Origin: Tagaea sp.
GTDB lineage: Bacteria; Pseudomonadota; Alphaproteobacteria; CACIAM-22H2
Reading direction: 5' to 3'
Length of the DNA stretch: 64,000 bases
Assembly (NCBI GenBank): GCA_965279525.1
Contig: CBDIIB010000005.1
Coordinates: forward strand, 928,001 to 992,000
Of the stretch, positions 63,478 to 64,000 are shown piece after piece; position 1 is the first letter of the stretch; every line of letters begins with the position of its first letter. The notes under the pieces were generated by a model, which saw only the letters and a program-made list of their open reading frames with translations, had not been told where the DNA came from and did no database searches. Position numbers and translations under genes: made by a program.

Positions 63478-64000
63478 TCGTCGTCCCCACCGTTCGCCCA
63501 TTCGCGCCAGCGCGCGAGGTGGTCGTAGTCACCGGGCCAGTCGACGAACTGCGGGCGCGGGCGAGAGAGATAGGGTTGTGCCGGATCGGCATAGGCCGCG
63601 ACGAGTCGGCGCAGGTCGCCGATCTGCCGGTCCGCAAGTGCGTCGGCATCGGGTGCATCCTTCGTCGGCACGACGACCTGGACGGCGCCCGGGTCGCGCG
63701 GAGCCCCGAGACGGAAATAGACGAGTTCCCGGATCGGGGCTGCCGGAAGGCCGTCGAAGCCGCCTGCCTTCGCGATCGCCGCCGTCAACGGGAGCTGCGG
63801 GGAAAGGCCGGAGACGACCTGCCGGACCGACGGCGGCTTTCCGGTCTTGTAATCGATGATGTCGAGCCGGCCGTGCGCATCGCGGTCGATCCGGTCGGCG
63901 CGCGCTTTCAGCATGAAGCCGCCCAGATCGAGCCGCCCTTTTTTCTCGACGACGCACGGGAAGATGCCGGCTCCACGACGGCGGCGCTCGTTGGCGACGA
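63474..64000 (-). CDS. addB: AddB, C-terminal part (gene runs off the window end)
   Basis: ARADRID...IIDYKTG, PQLPL, YDHLAR..EW; overlaps addA start. Confidence 0.9.
   Translation of the reverse strand, partial: VANERRRRGAGIFPCVVEKKGRLDLGGFMLKARADRIDRDAHGRLDIIDYKTGKPPSVRQVVSGLSPQLPLTAAIAKAGGFDGLPAAPIRELVYFRLGAPRDPGAVQVVVPTKDAPDADALADRQIGDLRRLVAAYADPAQPYLSRPRPQFVDWPGDYDHLARWREWANGGDDE

Overview
High-GC alphaproteobacterial chromosome segment (gene order resembles Rhodospirillales-type genomes), almost fully coding with about 60 genes. Housekeeping blocks: a ubiH/ubiL-type hydroxylase, the F1-only ATP synthase operon atpHAGDC, priA, fsa-DUF484-xerC, zapE-mdh-sucCDAB-lpdA, cobB/LMW-PTP/thpR, tesA/ybbAP/BI-1, and addB-addA-trxA. 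Accessory genes between these blocks: orphan signalling genes (PleC/DivJ-like kinase, PAS protein, HD-GYP, soluble double-PAS chemoreceptor, FIST protein, MscS-cNMP channel), a TRAP/alcohol dehydrogenase unit behind a tandem sigma54-like element, an aromatic/flavin cluster (gtdA, FAH, bluB, VOC protein, MFS, flavin reductase), and a glycan-tailoring cassette (2 paralogous methyltransferases, AsnB-type amidotransferase, 3 GT4, Wzx). I saw no rRNA, tRNA, CRISPR, IS or prophage. No single unmistakable new system is visible. The best leads are the bluB/flavin reductase-MFS-VOC cluster, an FNR-boxed Met-rich Tat protein, a motif shared upstream of two orphan motility/c-di-GMP genes, two divergent gene pairs whose start codons share one CATG palindrome, and the tandem sigma54 element. 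All calls are by-eye motif recognition without database searches. Many ORF-track starts were trimmed to more plausible ones.
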